Shown in pieces: positions 15,083 through 31,949 of a stretch of DNA of 64,000 nucleotides. The stretch comes from the human T2T-CHM13v2.0 reference genome, Homo sapiens, in NCBI RefSeq assembly GCF_009914755.1, contig NC_060941.1; one strand, written 5' to 3'. The first letter of the stretch is position 1; every line of letters begins with the position of its first letter. The notes beneath the pieces are model-generated. The model was not told where the DNA came from and made no database searches. It saw nothing but the letters and a program-made list of their open reading frames with translations. The position numbers and the translations under genes are program-made.

Positions 15083-15819
15083 TATAATTTCATTTTTTTC
15101 ATGGCAAATTAATATGTTGGCATTGGATTATGCTTTGGCCCCCTAAGTAGCTCACTCGCAGGAGAAAATTCATTGACTAATGAAATGGGTACCTAGTGCC
15201 CCTGGAAGTTGCAGTACTCATTGGAAATTTTAAATTCTAAATTACCATTTTGATTTTCATCATCACTTTGGAGTTTCCAGTTAATGTTGTCCACTCATGA
15301 GGCTCAGATTTTCTCCAAATACATAAACAGATGGGGTTCCTGAGCTTGTACTCCACAGCTGAGGGCCAATCTCTGGGTCAACCCAGATTCACATTTATGG
15401 CGTTCTCTCCTGGGGCTTCTTGCCAGGTGACGACTTCTGTTCCTAGTGACTTGTCCCTGTCTTGCCTCTTGCCTTTTCTCCACATTATCCCCAAACTCAG
15501 CCTTTAGCTTTGCCCACACTATTGTGAAGCCACACAAATGTTTGCTTGTGTACATTCTATACCAAAGACTGTCCTGATATGGACTAGATAACACTGGGCA
15601 ATACATTATTAATTTGTGATGTGTCCAAGCAATGACAGCCAGTGGATGTGCAATGGTATTACCCAGGAATGTCAGCTACAGGCTATTTGTTTTTAATGCA
15701 GCTCGCATCAGAGGGTCTCTGATCTAGTTAAAAAGACCCCTCTCTTCTCCTAGAGGGCACCACAGTAATCAAGTTGTCAAGAGCTGAGACAGCCAGGGAT
15801 TGAGTATCAGCTTTACTAA

Positions 15820-16960
<1,141 letters not shown>

Positions 16961-17070
16961 GAAAAGGAAGATTCTGGAACAGAGGTTCTTGGCCACATTG
17001 GCCAAGGGTTCTCACTAATCCCTTAATGAAGAGGATCTGAATTTTCACAGGAGAACTTAAGTATGGCATG

Positions 17071-17591
17071 TGTCTTAGTCCATTTAGTGTTGCTATAAAG
17101 ACACACCAGAGACTGGATAAGTTATAAAGAAACAAGACTTACTCGGCTTAGAAATTCTGATGTCTGGAAAAGTTCAAGATTGGGCAACTGCATTTGGGGA
17201 GAGCCGCAGGCTGCTTCCACTCCTGGCAGAAAGTGAAGGGGAGCTGGTGTGTGCAGAGGCCACATGGCGAGAGAGGAAGCAACAGAGAAAAGGGGAGGTG
17301 CCACACTTTTTCACAGCCAGCTGTCATGGAAACTATTAGGCTGGTGCAAAAGTAGTTGCGATTTTTGCCATGAAAAGTAATGGCATAAACCGCAATTACT
17401 TTTGTGCCGACCTAATAATCAAGAGTGTGAACTCACTTACCCCCAAGGTAGGGAATTACAGCAATAATAAAGGATCCACCCTCGTGGACTCAAGCGCCTT
17501 TCACTAGGCCCCACCTCCCAACACAACCACATTGCAGATTACATTTCAACATTAAACTTGGGGAAGAGGGGTACCCATCCAAGCTATAGCA
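17071..17591 (-). mobile_element. MaLR solo LTR, MST (MSTC-like), carrying a MADE1
   Basis: TGTCTTAGTCCATTTAGTGTTGCTATAAAG...CTATAGCA; near-TSD GCATG/GCCTG. Confidence 0.85.
17336..17415. mobile_element. MADE1 (Hsmar1-derived 80-bp MITE)
   Basis: TTAGGGCTGGTGCAAAAGT...ACTTTTGTGCCGACCTAA palindrome, 80 bp, TA TSD. Confidence 0.93.
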
Positions 17592-17639
17592 GCCTGTCAG
17601 TCAGTTGTATTATTTGTGCTTGTAACTATAAGTGGAATG

Positions 17640-17840
17640 TATACAGAGGCCTTAATCACCTGAGTTTGGGATGTTTCCTTGGCCGTGTATAGCTTACTTC
17701 CTTAAGTCTCAGTTTTCCTATCTATACAATGGGGTTAATTATAACTCATAAAGTTATTGCAAGGATTAAATGAGAACGTGTAAAAAGAGTGTTTAGCACA
17801 GTTCCTGGAAAAAAATACGTGTTCAACAAATGTTAGCTCA
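17640..17840 (+). mobile_element. MIR
   Basis: CTCAGTTTTCCTATCTATACAATGGGG...GGATTAAATGAGA...TTAGCACAGT. Confidence 0.75.
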
Positions 17841-18139
17841 ATAAAATAGATTTTAGTATTCTTTGAGTCAAGATTCTGCTGTTCAGCGTGGGAGACACAA
17901 GAACACAGTTGTCTTTGTAGATTCTGTCTTAGCGAGGTTTATTCTGTTTGAATTTCTATAGGCCATAACAAAAATAGATGGAACAGATACAGGACAAAAC
18001 CACAAACTATTTAAAGAAAACCCTGCCCGAAGTAATGTATGTATTCATGCCAAATATATTCAGGTACTAAAAGGTCTATGGAAATTTTGAACAAGAAATA
18101 ATGAGGATGATGATGATGGAAATGATGAAGATTTTGATA

Positions 18140-18681
<542 letters not shown>

Positions 18682-18961
18682 TTGAAATCATTCCTGAAGG
18701 AAGCAGAGGGGAAGAGAATGCTTCTGTTAGTACTGAGCATTTGTTCAAAACTGGAAAGGACATAAAAATATGCTTAGGGAATGTGAAGATTCTCATTTGC
18801 CTTGGTGAGGCATTTGCATAGGGATACCAGGAATAATTATGGGTTATGCCAGATTGTGGAGGGCTTTATGGTTCAAGATCAACACATTTGGCCTTAATTT
18901 TATGGCTAATGGGCGGCACAGACTTGTGTTGCAGTAAGATTAATTTGAAAGGGATTATCTG

Positions 18962-19315
18962 GGGCAGGCACTGTGGCTCACACCTGTAATCTCAGCACTT
19001 TGGGAGGCTGAGGCGGGTGGATCACCTGAGGTCAGGAGTTCGAGACCAGCCTTGCCAACATGGTGAAACTCCATCTCTACAAAAATACAAAAATTAGCTG
19101 GGCATGTTGGTGAGTGTCTGTAATCTCACCTACTTGGGAGGCTGAGGCAGGAGAATCACGTAAACTCAGGAGGCAGAGGTTGCAGTGAGCGAGACGGCAC
19201 CATTGCACTCCAGCCTGGGCAGCAAGTGTGAAACTCCGTCTCAAAAGAAAAAAAAGAAAGAAAGAAAGAAAAAAAAGAAAAACAAAAGAGAGAGAGAGAG
19301 AGAAAGAAAAGAAAG
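18962..19315 (+). mobile_element. Alu (AluS) with GA-rich tail
   Basis: Dimeric Alu; TSD GAAAGGGATTATCTG. Confidence 0.96.
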
Positions 19316-19948
19316 AAAGGGATTATCTGAACAGCTTGAAGGAGAGTACAAGAAGAGGTAGACAGATTAATTATGGGGCTATTTCTGTCAACTGGAAATC
19401 GTAGCCTAACTTTGAGGCTGGGCTGCTGTAATGGATTGAGTATATAGTGCAAAAACACAGAGGTCCCTTTTGCATTGCGATCCATGCACGGCTCTATGTA
19501 GGCAGTTGCTTGGGGGGCAGAATGAGATGGTGGGAAAGCATGGGATTGGAGTAACGCAGACCGGGGTGCATGATTGTTGCTCCACGTCTGATGGGCCAGG
19601 AAGCCCTGGAAAGTTCCTTAAACTTTCCAAGCCTCAGTTTCCTCACAGGATTGTTGTGAGGATTTTTTTTTTTTTTTTTGTGGCGATTGAATGACATTAT
19701 GAAAAATTCATTAGAATTCACTAAATACCTATCCCGTTTCCCTTTTAATCCTTTCTCTGCTCCACACTTCAAGAGTGTTGGCTCTACGAAGGAAGGGACA
19801 TATCCCTAGAAAAACATGACGTCAAGCAGGATGAGCCATTGGATTTGGTGAATTGCTGGGTGTGGGTGACAACGTTGAGTCTTGGAAACAATAGTACTGT
19901 TTATAGATACAGGAAAGGTGGGAGGAGGAGCTGGCCCTCTAAAGCAGA

Positions 19949-20294
<346 letters not shown>

Positions 20295-20797
20295 GGCTCA
20301 GATGTAAAATACTTAGGGAACCCTCTGAAAATCTCTTTTATATTCACAGAATATGCATGAGAAGCCTTTTCTCAGAAACCTGACCTAGGTGAAGACTTAC
20401 ACCCACATTTAGATATTTGTAATTTAAGATACAGAGTTAAACTCCATGTATTTGATAATTATGTCTCAGGAACTCCTGAAGTTTTTGCCTTCTGGTTTTT
20501 GACTTCAGCCTAGTTTTCCCTGCTGGCTAACAGAGGCTACTCTGCATAGAGTTTAGCACTAATTACTTTGCCTCAATATTTTCTAATCGATCCACTGTTT
20601 TTCAGGCTATCTTTAGCTTTTGATAATTCCCTTCATTTTTTTTTTAAAGAAAAAAACCCATGTATTATTTCTTATATTTTCTCTGAAACTTCTGTTGGTT
20701 AGGACTCTATGACCATTGAGGTAAGTATTTATTTTCACCTTCATAGTGATTTTACTTAACTGAAGTCATAGAGACTAACATCATGAAATCCTCTTAA

Positions 20798-21106
<309 letters not shown>

Positions 21107-21188
21107 TAACCATGCATTTTTAAAGAGTTCTATTATAGGTGATATGTGGGGCTACGCATCAGGGGAGACGTAACTTCTTATTTTCTTT

Positions 21189-22173
21189 CTTTTTTTTATT
21201 ATACTTTAAGTTCTAGGGTACATGTGCACAACGTGCAGGTTTGTTACATATGTATACATGTGCCATGTTGGTTTGCTGCACCTGTTAACTCATTATTTAC
21301 ATTAGGTATATCTCCTAAGGCTATCCTTCCTCCCTCCCCCCACTCCATGACAGGCCCCAGTGTGTGATGTTCCCCTTCCTGTGTCCAAGTGTTCTCATTG
21401 TTCAGTTCCCACCTATGAGTGAGAACATGCGGTGTTTGTTTTTCTGTCCTTGCGATAGTTTGCTCAGAATGATGGTTTCTAGCTTCATCCATGTCCCTGC
21501 AAAGGACATGAACTAATCCTTTTTTATGGCTGCATAGTATTCCATGGTGTATATGTGCCACATTTTCTTAATCCAGTCTATCATTGATGGACATTAGGGT
21601 TGGTTCCAAGTCTTTGCTATTGTGAATAGTGCCGCAATAAACATACATGTGCATGTGTCTTTATGGCAGCATGATTTATAATCCTTGGGGAAAATACCCA
21701 GTAATGGGATGGCTGGGTCAAATGGCATTTCTAGTTCTAGATCCTTAAGGAATCGCCACACTGTCTTCTACAATGGTTGAACTAGTTTACAGTCCCACCA
21801 ACAGTGTAAAAGTGTTCCTGTTTCTCCACATCCTCTCCAGCACCTGTTGTTTCCTGACTTTTTAATGATCGCCATACTAACTGGTGTGAGATGGTATCTC
21901 ATTGTGGTTTTGATTTGCATTTCTCTGATGGCCAGTGATGGTGAGCATTTTTTCATGTGTCTGTTGGCCGCATAAATGTCTTCTTTTGAGAAGTGTCTGT
22001 TCATATCCCTTGCTCACTTTTTGATGGGGTTGTTTGATTTTTTCTTGTAAATTTGTATAAGTTCTTTGTAGATTCTGGATATTAGCCCTTTGTCAGTTGG
22101 GTAGATTGTAAAAATTTTCTCCCATTCTGTAGGTTGCCTGTTCACTCTGATGGTAGTTTCTTTTGCTATGCAG
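21189..22173 (-). mobile_element. 5'-truncated LINE-1 (L1PA4-7-like)
   Basis: ORF2 C-terminal remnants ([21 protein letters not shown]...[12 protein letters not shown]), young 3'UTR, TSD GAGAC(G/A)TA(A/G)CTTCTTATTTTCT. Confidence 0.95.
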
Positions 22174-22482
22174 AGACATAGCTTCTTATTTTCTATACAG
22201 GACCTGGAAGGAAAACCTGAAAAACCCATGACACTCCCTTTCCTGTTAGCTGTGTGGTGTTATGAAACGGACTGACAGGATTTAGCTTTCCCAGCAACAC
22301 TGAAGGACCCTCAGCAACTTCAAGTTCAAAATGTCCTCACCTTCGCCTGATTTTGGGAAGTATTGCATCAACACGTTTTTGCAAAAAGAATGGAACTTTA
22401 AAATTTTTTCTTGGCGTTCTCTTTCTCTTTATACATGAGCAATAAATGTGTGCAGAAGTCATTATAGCCAACAAGATTGTCA

Positions 22483-22825
<343 letters not shown>

Positions 22826-24146
22826 TCACATGTGCTGTGCTGCTGAGTGATGGCCTTTAAAACGTTGAGATTCATACGCCCTGTAGAGGGCAATGTTTCC
22901 CCTTGCCTAAAATGTTTTCACTATTCGAAAAGCATCAGTAAGTCCAAGGAGCGACATCCCAAGAGGGCAGAAATTAAGAAAGCTTTCTGGGTTCAGTATT
23001 GACTGTAAATGCCCACTGGAGAGGAGAAATCATCGATGATAGCCTTGACTATTGCTAGAATCTCTTCCTTTAGATTCCTGGGGCTAGAGTTGAGGATTTC
23101 ACTTTAAGAAAGATTGAGACAGAGTGAAAGCAAGAGAGAAGCTTGTAAGAAGAAGTGGGAGGATGTTAACAGTGAGAGCTGGGAATTTGCTCATGAGGCC
23201 GAGTGGCTACCACAATCTCCAGTACAGGCTGAATGTGTGTCGTTCCATTCCGCTTCTACCCTCTGTAAGAGGCCTGCCCTGTTCACAAGGCCAATAAGGG
23301 GTTAGATTTTAAGGCTTGTTGAAAATAAACTTTGGTAATCCCAGTGCTTAGAGCCCAGTGACATAGAAAGGAGAGCCTTCTTCAACTTTTGGAGAGCAAA
23401 CTTCTAGGGGGATGAGGTGGGAAGTTTACTTGGGGGAATCCTGCCCAGGGCATCACCTCAGCTTTCTGATCCTTGGTTTTTTTTTTCCAGGATCCCAAAG
23501 AGAGGCACAAATGGTGTGTCCAAGCTTCAGATTGAACTCCTCTGAGACTTTTCTCTTCTCCATAATCATAGCTAGATGAACAGAAGGATGTGGCCACCAC
23601 AAATTCAATGAATGTGTATACCTTTAGAATATTTGTGATTACACAAGTCCCTAGAGGCAGGTGGGGGCAAAGACTTCTTTGTAAAAGTCCAAAGGTGTCT
23701 TAGAAATGTGCAAAAGTACAAGACTTACTGAGGTACAGAAAGCAATGGCTCTTATTTTCAAAGGGAGCCCAAGAAAAGTTCTTTGAATTTTTCGTCTGGC
23801 CCTTTTACTTTTCAAATTTCTTATTTTGTCACACTTTGTGGTTGTAGCAATTTGTGAACAGAAAGCATCTCATCCTTTGCTCAGCATGGGCAGAAGGGAC
23901 AATGAGCACCTCCTTGGTTGCATGTAGATTTTTCCATAGCAGAGTGAAAAAAGATTGGAAAAATTTGTTCCAGCATCCTTGCATGGAAGTAAAGACTTCC
24001 CATGAAACCAAAAGTATAGTTTCTCTCTGACATCTCTTGAAATAAACACTTCTTAGTCAGAACTATCCCCCCATAGATGGCACTTTAGGTTGGGCCAAAA
24101 ATGGTAGAAAGGATATGGGATCTCTGCTTCCAACAGCATTTGACAA

Positions 24147-24650
24147 TTATTCTACTAGAAAAACACATGCACAGTATGTTGATTGCAGCACTATTTACAA
24201 TAGCAAAGACTTGGAACCAACCGAAATGCCCATCAATGATAGACTGGATAAAGAGAATGTGGCACATGTACACCATAGAATATTATGCAGCCATAAAAAA
24301 GAATGAGTTCATGTCCTTTACAGGGACATGGTTGAAGCTGGAAGCCATCATCCTCAGCAAACTAACACAGAAACAGAAAACCAAATACTGCATGTCCTCA
24401 CTCATAAGTGGGAGTTGAACAATGAGAACACATGGACACAGGGAGGGGAACATCACACACAGGGACCTGGCGGGGTTGGGGGGCAAGGGTAGGGAGAGAG
24501 AGCATTAGGACAAATACCCAATGCATGTGGGGCTTAAAACCTAGATGACGGGTTGATGGGTGCAACAAACCACCGTGGCACATGTATACCTATGTAACAA
24601 ACCTGCACGTTCTGTATATGTATCCCAGAACTTAAAGTAAAAAAACAAAA
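24147..24650 (+). mobile_element. LINE-1 3' fragment (L1PA7/8-like)
   Basis: ALFTIAKTWNQPKCPSMIDWIKRMW remnant, 3'UTR, A tail. Confidence 0.93.
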
Positions 24651-24976
24651 CAGAAAAACTTCTCAGGGGTTAATGATGACTTTTAGTGCATTTATAAGTA
24701 TTTAAGAAAGAAGACCAATAAGAGTAGGTTTTCAGAATGTGGTGGTTAATCTACTTTTGCTTGAAGTAGAAAAATAAAGGAGAAACAAATCCTTGCAGAG
24801 GAGTTCTCTGTGGGAGATGAAGGTGAAGTAAAAGGGAAAATGTGGCCAGTTTACGATTAACTTTACTCTTGAGAGGTGAAGCGAATTGAGTTTCCCCAGG
24901 GGGATTTGCTTAACCCTTAACAAGTTTCAGCCAAAGGAAACCATTTGTGAATTCCTAGAAGATTATTTTGGCACTC

Positions 24977-25980
24977 TGTGGGCGGCAAGCCACCCAGGTG
25001 CCAAGGCAAGAGATCGAGGGCACAAGCTGTTCCAGTATAATAAAGAAAATGCATAGAATAAGAATAGTTATACTAGAAATAGATTATAGATATGATTATA
25101 TGTGAATATCATTAATCATTAGTTTGTAGCATTACTCTTTATTCCAATATTATAATAATCTTTGCTCTACAATTATAACCTAGGAAAAACGAGGCCATAA
25201 AGAGATAGGAGCTGAAGGGACACAGTGAGAAGTGACCAGAAGACATGAGTGTGAGCCCTCTGTTACGCCCAGACAGGGCCACCAGAGGGCTCCCTGGTCT
25301 AGCGGTAATGCCAGCGCCTGGGAAGGCGCCTGTTAACTAGCGGACCTTGGTCTAGCGGTAGCGTCAGTGCCTAGGGAAGGCACCCGTTACTTAGCAGACC
25401 AGGAAAGAGAGTCTCCCTTTCCAGGGAGAGTTAGAGAAGACTCTGCTCCACCACCTCTTGTGGAGGGCCTGACATCAGTCAGGCCTGCCCACAGGCATCT
25501 GGAGGCCTAAATGTCTCCCTGTGATGCTGTGCTTTAGTGGTCACACTCCTGTTTCACTTTCATGTTCCGCCCTGTACACCTGGCTCTGCCTTCTAGACAG
25601 CAGTAGCAGAATTAGTGAAAGTACTAAAAGTCTTTGAAATGCATAGAAGAAATAATGGCATAAGCTGTCCTCTCTCTCTCTCTGCCTCTGCTGCCAAACA
25701 GGGAAGGGCCCCCTGTCCGGTGGACACGTGACTCATGTGACCTTCTCAATCACTGGAGATGACTCACACTTCTTACCCTGCCCCTTTTGCCTTGTATCTA
25801 ATAAATACCAAACAGCCAGGCATTCGGGGCCACTACCGGTCTCTGCGTCTTGGTGGTAGTGGTCCCCTGGGCCCAGCTGTCTTTTCTTCCATCTCTTTGT
25901 CTTGTGTCTTTATTTCTATGATCTCTCATCTCTGCACACGAGGAGAAAAACCCACAAACACTGTAGGTCTGGTCCCTACA
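24977..25980 (+). mobile_element. Solo ERVK LTR, LTR13 (HML-4) type, 1004 bp
   Basis: TGTGGGCGGCAAGCCACCCAGG start, CCCTACA end, AATAAA near 25800, 6-bp TSD GCACTC. Confidence 0.85.
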
Positions 25981-26789
25981 GCACTCAATTTTCCTCTTTC
26001 CCTAAAACCAGAAAATACAATGTCCTATGCCAGTAACCCAGAAATAAAAAGTAGTTACGTCTAGTATAGAGAATATACAAAGAGGTTCCTTGCAAGTTTA
26101 AAGTTCTAGGAAAGGCAGCAAAAAAGAAAACATGATTGATTTCTTTTTTATGATTCATGAGTATTACAACTTCTTAAGGCAGAGGAGTTTTTCTAAGATA
26201 CTGCAATCCATGTTTTCTGATTTTACAGAGAAGAAATAGAAATCCAACCCTTTCTGGAAGAATAATCCTATGAGATTTAGGTGAAGACAAGATTTGTGTT
26301 AGAATCCAGCTCTTCAAATATGGCTTGGTTGATTCACTTCCTAAATGATTTATGAAGAAGCTGATTTTTCATTCCTGTTGTCATAACTACAAGCTGTGCT
26401 GTTGTTTCCTGGAACTTAGTTTTTATGGGCAAAGGCTTAGGAAAATGGTCTATAAAGGCCCTCAGCAGTTCAAGGACCTATTAGTTCAGTCTCCTCTCTG
26501 TTCTCCTGCCATAGAAAGTTGTTTTTGGTGTTGTAGAGCAATTGTGCATTGGTCTCAGTGTTGAGGCCTGTTTCTCCTGGTTCTGGGAAGTCATAATCAA
26601 TAAGAATGAAAACCTCATATATCTGCTTGTTGTATTAGCAGAATTTCCTGTGATGTGTTCAGCTCCTTGAGATCTCATTAGATGTTTCTCTATATAAGTA
26701 TTCCTTGGCCAATGAAGTTTGAACATTTTGAAGTTAAGCAAATTTAATCTGTTATTCCTTTACTTCCAAATTTCTCAGATTCTTTATAA

Positions 26790-26925
26790 GCTCATGTGCA
26801 TTGTGAATCTCCTAGAAGACATATATAACATGAAACATTTCTCCAAATTTTGGGTACAGATGCCCTTTTTGCCAAACATCTTGAGGGACTAGTGTCCCAA
26901 AGAACATACTTTGGGAAGTGCTCTG
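26790..26925. mobile_element. Old hAT-Charlie MITE fragment (MER103-like)
   Basis: TGTGCATTGTGAATCTCC...GAACATACTTTGGGAAGTGCT resembles hAT MITE ends. Confidence 0.45.
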
Positions 26926-29675
26926 TTACTTCAACCTGTGCGTTAAAACCAACTTCTCCTGTTAGACATCTAGTCCCCAAAAAGCCTACAAATTAAGATT
27001 TTAATGAAAAAATGTGTTAAGTAATAGACAAAGTCCAAGGATCCACCTCATAACAAATCAGGTACATATTTAAGCCTATGTGTTTTCAGATCATGTTCCT
27101 TTAAAAACCGTCTGTATTGATGTGTTTCATAGAGAATAGCCAATTCACAAGACATTTCCCTGTTTTTTTGAAATGGTTAATAGTTTTTGAAAATATTTTT
27201 CTCAAAAAAATCTTAGGCATATTTGGAAGTGTGTGTTTTATGTCAGCTATCTATGTCTAGAATAGACCACCAGCATAGTGATATTTCAACCACCTGGAAG
27301 GCAAACTTTTGGATATTAGTTGTAAGTGTGTGTTATAAACCCAAGCTCTTTCAGATTAAAAAAATGCTGATGAATTTTGTTCTGGTGAAATACGCCAGCT
27401 CCAGGAAGAATAAAGTATGTTCAAGCATCCCTCTCTCCCCTGCTCTTGTTAAGAGAGGCACTGTTTAGAGAAGGAGGTTTCAGCGCCTGCCAGGGCCGCA
27501 GAGCTGAACTGAACCTGCTGATGAGACATACTTAGGTTTCATCATTGCTTTGATACTGTGGGGCTCAGAGTCTGGCATTCTCTGCCTCCTAAGGTTTTGA
27601 TCTTCCATGAAGCTTCACTACTAGGTAGATATGGGGCTGTTTCCCTCCTGGGTAAACCTGCGTTCTTTCTTCTCTATTTCACCCTGGGAAGGCCTGGAAT
27701 GGATGATTTAATCTAGGTTCTTTTGAAACTTTGTTAATTATGGGACTCTATAACCTGGGTTAGTCTTTCCTTGCCTCTTCTTTCCCACAGATATTGGCTT
27801 AGGTTAAGATGTGGGTTCTAGGGAAAACACATCAAGGAGATCATTCCATTTTCTGTTTTTTTTTGTGCGTAAAGCAGAGGCACGAGAGGCATCCTGGTGT
27901 CTCATTCATAGAAAGAGTTCTGCATAGGGGTCTGGGCCCAAAACTCGGATGAGTTTTATAGATGAAGGGGTTTCTCTAGAGTGGCTCCTTTGCACGAATC
28001 CTGTATCAATCTTCAGTCATCATAAGTAGACAGGGATTTCAGATCCTGGATCTTTGTTCTCTCTTTCTTAATCTCTCTTTATTAGAGTTACAAAAGTAGC
28101 TGTGAGTGTTTCAGGCAACTGAACAACAACTGATTTACACATCTGCTAAGGTTGGCAGCTAAAAGCGTTTGAGAAAGTTCCCGATTTGATTTCCCACTCC
28201 AGAGGTTGAACCTACATCAGAGCACCATGAGTAATTGCTCTTTAGTACAAACATGTGCTTCTAAATACATAAGCAATGAGCTTTTGAAGCTGTCCCATGG
28301 TTTAATTTGAATTAGTTCAAGATGATACCTCCGGGGAGGCCCAGCAGGCAGACATTTCCTGCCCCACTTCCCTGGTGGGGCAGAATCACTGCTGGGAAGG
28401 CATGAAGGAAATCTGTCACTTTGGTTTCCAAATTTGGCCAGAAGGTGGCACAATCTGAAAACCCTTTTCTGCATCTCAGTGGAAACAAGGGCTCTGTGTT
28501 TTTCACATTCAGGTCAAAGATTCCAAGTAGAACTGGAAGAAGACCAAATATTGTAAAAGACTATAATTCATATCCTGAAGATTCTTGCAGTCCTTGGGGG
28601 CATTTCTTTGGGAGGGCTTGGGAAAAAAATAAACAAGCAAAAGAAATCTCATATGTACACTCTGAGAATTTTAGAGACAATTGGCCACGTTCTTTCAGAG
28701 AAAGGTACAAAAACAAAGCACTTTTATGTTGTTGTAAATAACAAGTTGGGATAGGGACTGGGAGAAGGACTTTTCATTTCCTTTCTGGAAACAAACAGCT
28801 TTATGATTGCAGCTCCATGACCTTTCTTGCTGTCCTGAGGGAATAGAAACTTCCTGACTTCTACAATTGGACTATTAGACACTTCTGATTTTCACGGAAT
28901 TTAAGAATTGGAGATGATTTTTGAGGACATTTGGTCCAAACTTTACCCGGTGCAGAAGTTGATCTTGTTATCTCTCTGACTGATAAGAGAAACACCACCT
29001 ATTTGCAAACCTCGGTGGGGTCAATAGTACATTCACCCGTCTTTCACTTCATCCTCATATCTGCATGGCGAGTTTGTTGTTTTCGTTGTGCTACTGACAT
29101 CATTGCTAATAATGCTTATTGGGTACTTTCTTTATGAAATCCATTCATTAAAGGAATATTCATTTAATGATTATTTACCTGGGGCTTCATGTGCCAAACA
29201 ATGAGTGAAACAGATTACATGCCTTATCTTATTGAATCCTACGACGAGCACCTGAGACAGGTGCTGTCTTTATCTCCCATTTGCAGCTGAGGAAGGTGGT
29301 GCTTAGAAAGATTAAGTAACAAAGGTTAAGGACAATGATTATTGTCTAAGGAAACACAGCTCAAAAGCAGTGGTAGTGGTAACAGGGGGCTTGTTTTGAG
29401 CCATGTTTGGCTGACCCAGAGTTCATACGCTGAACCACAGTGTTCTTGAGTCTACTGAAGTGTGTGTCGATGGCCTGGCAGGGATCCAATTCTCTCACCT
29501 GCCACCTGAGCATTTTTATTTGAATGTCATTAGACACATCTGTCTTTCAGGACACCAGGATCTATCCTGTGCTCTTCAGTTCCTCTGTCTGAGGTCTGTT
29601 CCTTCCTCCACATGACATCTCTTCAAATGTTTGAATGCTATGATCGTGTCTTAATGTTAATTCCCTTTTTTTTAG

Positions 29676-30164
<489 letters not shown>

Positions 30165-31119
30165 TGACTTTTGAGCCCTTAACCCCTTTGGGATACTGTT
30201 TGTTTATTTGTAGGTCTTGTTGTCCCTTCTGTGACTTTCTGAGACTTGCAATTACTCATTGGACATTTGCCTTCCCCGTTAGACTCCTGCTCTGTGAGGG
30301 TGGAGGCCAGGTCTTTTCTGTTTATCACAGACCTCCAGAGCCTTGCTTGGTTCCCAGCATGGTGCAGCTGTTTAATTGATGAAATAATGAATCTCCAAAA
30401 TGGGATTAATTATAGCTTCTCTTCTTCTTTCATAGGATTGTTGTGTGAAACAAACAACACAATGCATGTAAAAGTACTCTGTCGTGCTAAAACATCATGC
30501 TGATGCCATTACCAAGAGATTCATTGCATATCAAAAGTCATATTGTTGATTAGCATGGAATGCAAAACTCTCCATCCATTCATTGATTCATTGGTTCATT
30601 ATTTATTTAAAAGCTACTATGTGCTCACGTAATGTATTTTAAAGTCCTTTTTTCTCTAAGTTTCCCTGGTTTTCATCCCTCCTGTTGTGTGTAGATCCAG
30701 AGCCACAGACTCACTGCTTCATGCTTCTAGGTTCAGAGCCAAATTCTACCCATTAGCTGACAGAAAACATACTTTCTGCTTCTTGAGAATTTGCACATTG
30801 CCAGACCCTGAGTCTCCCTGCTCCTAAGCCACGGTCAGGGGTGCTATGTCAGTACCCCTGATGGGTAGAGTGTAACCTTACAATAAATGCTGCTCTTCAT
30901 AGAGAGATGTCTACTAGTGCTCTTTAATACTTAGTCCCTCAACAGTGGGCAGTGTGGTCCAGGAATCTTTCCTTATCAGTGATGATCAATGATAATCACA
31001 TTCAGTTATTTGATCATGTTCCTGCCTTAACTTTTACCCTGGAGGACAGAGACATGTAACTGGACCCATGGAATAGGCTCAGGGTCTTATAAGATGGCAA
31101 AGCATGGAAGTTTTATACA

Positions 31120-31350
31120 CGGACCCTGGGGTCAGATTCATCTTTGTTCCAGTCCTACCTTCACTGTTCAATATTTAGGAACCTCTGATAAGTTACCCAA
31201 AGCATTTGTTTCCTCATTGTGAATAAGAAATAACAAATGTGTACAATAAGGTAGTATGTAGAATAGGGTAATTGTGAAGATTAAAATTAAATACTGCACT
31301 TAAGTAATTTAGCATAGTGCCTGGCATACAATAAGTTCTCAATAAATAAT
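31120..31350 (+). mobile_element. MIR
   Basis: TTTCCTCATTGTGAA...TTGTGAAGATTAAA...TTAGCATAGTGCCTGGCATACAATAAG. Confidence 0.75.
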
Positions 31351-31471
31351 AATAAAAGAGAAGCATCAAAGAAGGAGCTTCTGGTTTCTGGTGTCTCAAT
31401 GCCTGGGAGTTTCCACGGGTCCCAGGAAACAGGTTTATTATTAAGAACATCAAGCACCATCCTTCCACTAG

Positions 31472-31690
31472 TGCAAGGCTTCTGAACAGATGCGCTATTG
31501 ATATTTTGAGCTGGATAATTCTTTGCTCTGGGTAGCTGCCCTGTTTAGATTGTTGCTGGCCTTTCTACACCACATACCAGTAGCATCACCCTCTGCACTG
31601 CCCAAGTTGGGACAATCAAAAATATTTCCAGACATTGCCAAATGTTCCCTGGGAGGCAAAATCCCTCCTGGCTGGGAATGTCTCCATTAG
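31472..31690. mobile_element. MER20 (hAT-Charlie)
   Basis: TATTGATATTTTGAGCTGGATAATTCTTTG...CAAAAATATTTCCAGACATTGCCAAATGT. Confidence 0.85.
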
Positions 31691-31949
31691 ACCAGAAACA
31701 GATTGCTGAAACATGGCTTGAACATATTGTAACATATTCAGCTGTTCGTGTGCTTCTAGATCAATACTACAATTTTTTATTTTTATTTTTTGTCCCCTCT
31801 ATTGCCGCAATACTGAAAAACACGCCATTACATATGAACATAACAACTAAATATATACTTAATAATAACAATAAAAGCAAATATTGAATAAGAATTATTA
31901 AAATATTTTATATTGTAAATTTATCCTGGAATTATAAAATAGATGCAGT

